Shown one piece after another: positions 60,587 through 64,000 of a DNA stretch of 64,000 nt. Made by a program: the position numbers and the translations under genes. The DNA comes from Candidatus Kuenenbacteria bacterium (GTDB lineage Bacteria > Patescibacteriota > Patescibacteriia > UBA11705 > JABHMO01). Location of the stretch: NCBI GenBank assembly GCA_013202715.1, contig JABMRF010000007.1, forward strand, positions 72,566 through 136,565. The letters are read 5' to 3'. Under the pieces are notes generated by a model, which was not told the DNA's origin, ran no database searches, and saw only the letters and a program-made list of their open reading frames with translations. Within the stretch, counting starts at the first letter, position 1. Every line of letters begins with the position of its first letter.

Positions 60587-61375
60587 ATGCTCACCTTTGC
60601 GGCCATTGTGCCTCATCCACCGGTCTTGATTCCAAGTATCGGTAAAGAAAATATAGATAAATTAAAAAAAACCATTAGTGCTTTGGATATTCTTGAGGAA
60701 GAATTAAATCAAGCGAATCCTGATACTATAATTGTGATTTCTCCGCATGGCGAAATTAATTTTGAAGCATTTACAGTTAATACTAATGAAAAATATACAG
60801 CAAGATTTGAAAATTTTGGCGATTTTACAACCAAGCTGGAATTTAAATCAGATCTGGGATTTATAAATCAGCTAAAAGCGACAAATGAAACAAAATTACC
60901 GGTCCAACTGATTTCACAAGAAAATCTTGATCATGGTGTGTCGGTCCCCCTTTATTACTTGACTCGAAAAAATCAAGATCGCAGAATTGTGCCGATCAAT
61001 TATAGTTTTTTGAATTTTAATAAACATTTAGAGTTTGGCGAATTGATAAAAGAAGCCATTTTTTCTTCAGACAAAAGAGTTGCAATTATTGCTTCCGGAG
61101 ATCTATCACACAAGTTGAGTTTGCGAGCGCCAGCAGGATTTTCTCCACACGCAAAAGAGTTCGACAAAAAGCTGATTCAGGTTTTGAAAAAGAAAAGTGT
61201 GCAGGGAATTTTGGATATGGATCCGGCCTTTATCGAAGAGGCTGGCGAATGCGGTCTACGCTCATTCCTGATCCTACTTGGAGCGATTAAAAACATGAAA
61301 TATGAATTTGAAGTTTTGAGCTACGAAGCACCGTTTGGGGTTGGCTATTTAGTCGGAGAGTTCAAGTTTGCGTAA
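60587..61375 (+). CDS. amrB: AmmeMemoRadiSam system protein B (MEMO/LigB-like)
   Basis: PHPP, SPH, DHG, ASGDLSH, ECG, YEAPFGVGY. Confidence 0.88.
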   Translation: MLTFAAIVPHPPVLIPSIGKENIDKLKKTISALDILEEELNQANPDTIIVISPHGEINFEAFTVNTNEKYTARFENFGDFTTKLEFKSDLGFINQLKATNETKLPVQLISQENLDHGVSVPLYYLTRKNQDRRIVPINYSFLNFNKHLEFGELIKEAIFSSDKRVAIIASGDLSHKLSLRAPAGFSPHAKEFDKKLIQVLKKKSVQGILDMDPAFIEEAGECGLRSFLILLGAIKNMKYEFEVLSYEAPFGVGYLVGEFKFA

Positions 61376-61658
61376 TGCGAATATAGATAAATGCGAATGA
61401 CGCGAATCGCGAATGATGCGAATAAAGAATAAAAGTACAAATATCGTCTTTTGGGGCGATTTTGTGATTCTAGGGCTTGTTTTTAGGTAAACTTAGTCAA
61501 CCCTTTGACAAATCAAGAAAAATCATGTATAATGCTACTTAAACAAGTTCCTTTCAAAGTATCGAAAACTGTGTGTTTCAGTGGACCCCTCCGGGTCTGT
61601 CTGTGGTTAGGGTTTGCATGTGCAAGCCCATCTGTTTGTTAACCGTATGGAGGTAGAG

Positions 61659-63182
61659 ATGACAGTAGATCGAGGAAGTATCGTTTCAGCTGAAGTGCTC
61701 AGAATGCTCATGTCCTCACCGGGCGAAGATGAAGAACTCAGCGGTGAGATTGTCAGCATTGGAGCCAAAGACTTTGCGTTCATTGGGAATGTGAAGGACT
61801 CACGGGGCCGGCCGGTTGATACCGGCGCTGGCGATGTGTTTCTTCACCAGGAGGAACTCCTTGGTGGAAAAATGGAAGTTGGGACGGTCCTGAAGTTCAG
61901 GGTTGTTCCCGATGAGAGGAGACTCGGTAAACTGCGAGCGCTTCAGGCGCACTCAGTCGATCTGGCTCTGGTGCCGGTGAAAAAGGAAGTTGTGTTTCCG
62001 GTGTCAGTCGTTACCGGCGCACAGTCGTTCTACCACGTGCGTGCCAAGAAGATTCTGCCGGAAATCGTTGACCAGGCTGACAACAACAAGCCGTTTGACG
62101 GTGTCTTCCGACCGACTTCCCAGGCAGATGCGATCAAGATTGCGAACCGAGATGTCCTGGCCGACGTGATCAACGTTTGGCTGAAGGCGAGCTTCGCGAT
62201 GTTCGAGAGCTTCGGTGTGAACTTCGATCTGCGCCAGCCAGTGACGGATGAAGAGCGGGACATGATCGAAAAGTACGCCCAGTCGTTTGGCAATGGTGGC
62301 ATGGATGCTGCAGCTCGGAAGCTCAAGCAGCAGTTCGAGACGTTCTTGAACACCAAGGATGTCTTCAACTACCTGTACAATTCAAATCGCCTCCTGCCCC
62401 AGAGCGTACTCAGTGTTGACTACCTGCCTGACATGATGATGGCCGCGCCGGTCTGGTTCGCACGAGGGAAAGAGGAATTCCCCAACAAACAGGATAGACA
62501 CGATCCAATGCCGGACGAGTTTGTTCAGTACATGTGCGGACTGGGCAAAACCCAGCGCATGGCAAACCTGATGCAGCTTTTCAATCGGCGCACACGGCCG
62601 TTTGACATGTATGAGGGAGACGTGATTCCTCCTCATATCTGGGAGACGATCCAGGCCTGCTCAAACAGAGACAACCTGTTGTCAAAGTTCGATTACCTGG
62701 TGATTGCCACTCCGTATCACAACATTGCCAGCAAGGAATGGGCTGATCCCAACTGGCAGGGCATGATTGATCCTTACCTGCTTGCATTCTCAAAGGATGT
62801 GCCTGAATTTTTCTTCGTGCTTGGTCGTTGGAGTGACACGGGGCTTCTGCCGCTAGTTAGCGAGATGACGGCCGATACCGTGAATTTCACGAGAGAGCAC
62901 CTTGAGGGAATTGAGAACTTTTCTCAGCCCTACTGGCACATTGAGGCTGGTGACAAAAAGGATAGTGATCCAGAGGATGATGAAGGGTCTCGGATTGCGG
63001 CTGATGGTACACATTATAATCAGAGTTTAAAAGACGGTGTTCCTGCTCCATATCTCAAGGATGGTTCATTGCCACAATTTGCCAGGGAATTGATCGAGCG
63101 TTTCGAAAAGGGTGACCTTTTCCCCTGGCTGACGGATGACACTTACACCGGAGAGCCGGATGAGACGACACCTGAAGGTTAA
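61659..63182 (+). CDS. cold-shock-domain fusion protein, otherwise orphan (cassette R)
   Basis: RNP1-like KDFAFI and RNP2-like DVFLH; TTGACA(61505)-17-TATAAT; GGAGGT SD; terminator 63195-63226. Confidence 0.75.
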   Translation: MTVDRGSIVSAEVLRMLMSSPGEDEELSGEIVSIGAKDFAFIGNVKDSRGRPVDTGAGDVFLHQEELLGGKMEVGTVLKFRVVPDERRLGKLRALQAHSVDLALVPVKKEVVFPVSVVTGAQSFYHVRAKKILPEIVDQADNNKPFDGVFRPTSQADAIKIANRDVLADVINVWLKASFAMFESFGVNFDLRQPVTDEERDMIEKYAQSFGNGGMDAAARKLKQQFETFLNTKDVFNYLYNSNRLLPQSVLSVDYLPDMMMAAPVWFARGKEEFPNKQDRHDPMPDEFVQYMCGLGKTQRMANLMQLFNRRTRPFDMYEGDVIPPHIWETIQACSNRDNLLSKFDYLVIATPYHNIASKEWADPNWQGMIDPYLLAFSKDVPEFFFVLGRWSDTGLLPLVSEMTADTVNFTREHLEGIENFSQPYWHIEAGDKKDSDPEDDEGSRIAADGTHYNQSLKDGVPAPYLKDGSLPQFARELIERFEKGDLFPWLTDDTYTGEPDETTPEG

Positions 63183-63280
63183 GTTGTAAAAACAGAGCCC
63201 CCCCGCATCGCGGGGGGGCCTTTTTCTTCCAAAAAATTGGACTGGATTTTTGTGTAATTTTTGTTATAATACAAGCACCT

Positions 63281-64000
63281 ATGAAAAAGATCGCTCAAAT
63301 TATTCCCATAAAAAAGCTGCCAAGGGGTATGCGGTTTTTTGATTACTGGGAAAAAGAAGGCGAAAGAGGGCGAAAGAAGGCGAAAGAAGATGGAGACATT
63401 GAAATTAAGGTTGGGGATATTGTGAACATTCCTTTTCGCAAGAATATGATGATCAAGGGAATTGTGCATTCTTTCAAGGATACAACCGATTTTCCAGAAG
63501 CAAAGGAGATTGACAGCTTGGATGAAGATTATGGCGGACTGCTCCCCTATCAGCTAGAATTAATTTTTTGGTTTTCCGAGTATTATTACCATTCTTTGGG
63601 CTCTACCGCTGACATGTTTTTTCCGGCCGTTCCGAAACGGGCGGTAAAGATTTCTGATGCAGAAGATGAAAAGATACCTACTTTGAACGACCAAAAAAGC
63701 GATTCAAAAGTGATCAGTTTATCTGAACAAATAAATAGTTCAAAAGAAAAAAAATATTTACTGTTTCCGTACGATTTGGAAATGAAAGAACAGTTTTATC
63801 TGGAACTGTGCCGACAGGCAATCAAAAACAAAAAGCAAATCCTAATTTTATTTCCGCAAGTATATAAAGTGGAAGAGTTTGCTCAGAAGTTACCAAATGA
63901 ACTTAAAGAAAAAACTGCCGTGCTCACTTCTGATTTATATACGGCCAAATCAAGATATTTTCGAACCTGGAAACAAATCAAGGAAAATCAAAAACAGATC
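63281..64000 (+). CDS. priA: primosomal protein N' (3' partial)
   Basis: Translated by hand: FFDY...VGDIVNIPFRK...GIV...QLELIFWFSEYY; KQILILFP motif Ia; frame open to the window end. Confidence 0.8.
   Translation, partial: MKKIAQIIPIKKLPRGMRFFDYWEKEGERGRKKAKEDGDIEIKVGDIVNIPFRKNMMIKGIVHSFKDTTDFPEAKEIDSLDEDYGGLLPYQLELIFWFSEYYYHSLGSTADMFFPAVPKRAVKISDAEDEKIPTLNDQKSDSKVISLSEQINSSKEKKYLLFPYDLEMKEQFYLELCRQAIKNKKQILILFPQVYKVEEFAQKLPNELKEKTAVLTSDLYTAKSRYFRTWKQIKENQKQI

Overview
AT-rich bacterial chromosome segment, most likely from a Patescibacteria/CPR (Parcubacteria/ABY1-like) genome. This assignment is inferred from gene set, protein style and SD-less translation starts. The housekeeping backbone is atpBEFHAGDC, cvpA, a UvrD-nuclease, proS, mreBCD-mrdA, greA, HD protein, lysS, serS, alr, an ftsQ-like gene, a Xer recombinase with a dif-like site, a 2880-aa surface protein, an M23 protein, gltX, a TagA-NUDIX fusion, thpR, AmmeMemoRadiSam S and B, clpB with CIRCE, and a partial priA. 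The main observation is that about 18 self-contained orphan expression cassettes are interspersed through this backbone. They share one layout: TTGACA-N16/17-(TGn)TAnnnT promoter, often an rrn boxA-like GTTC(T/C)TT motif, a strong GGAG(G) Shine-Dalgarno, the ORF(s) and an intrinsic terminator. Core genes instead lack SD and start at AT-rich or near-leaderless ...T-ATG. Cassette cargo includes two stand-alone Myxococcota-like PilM, a probable outer-membrane beta-barrel, a secreted thermonuclease, a cold-shock-domain fusion and very GC-rich orphans. Separately, the backbone carries small structured repeats: a two-copy four-way-junction element, REP-like palindromes (some in frame inside alr, lysS and priA), 7-10-mer arrays with inverted arms, and a MITE-like element. 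No rRNA, tRNA, CRISPR array or transposase was recognised. Start codons were re-picked by eye where the ORF track extends to upstream TTG/GTG/ATT codons.
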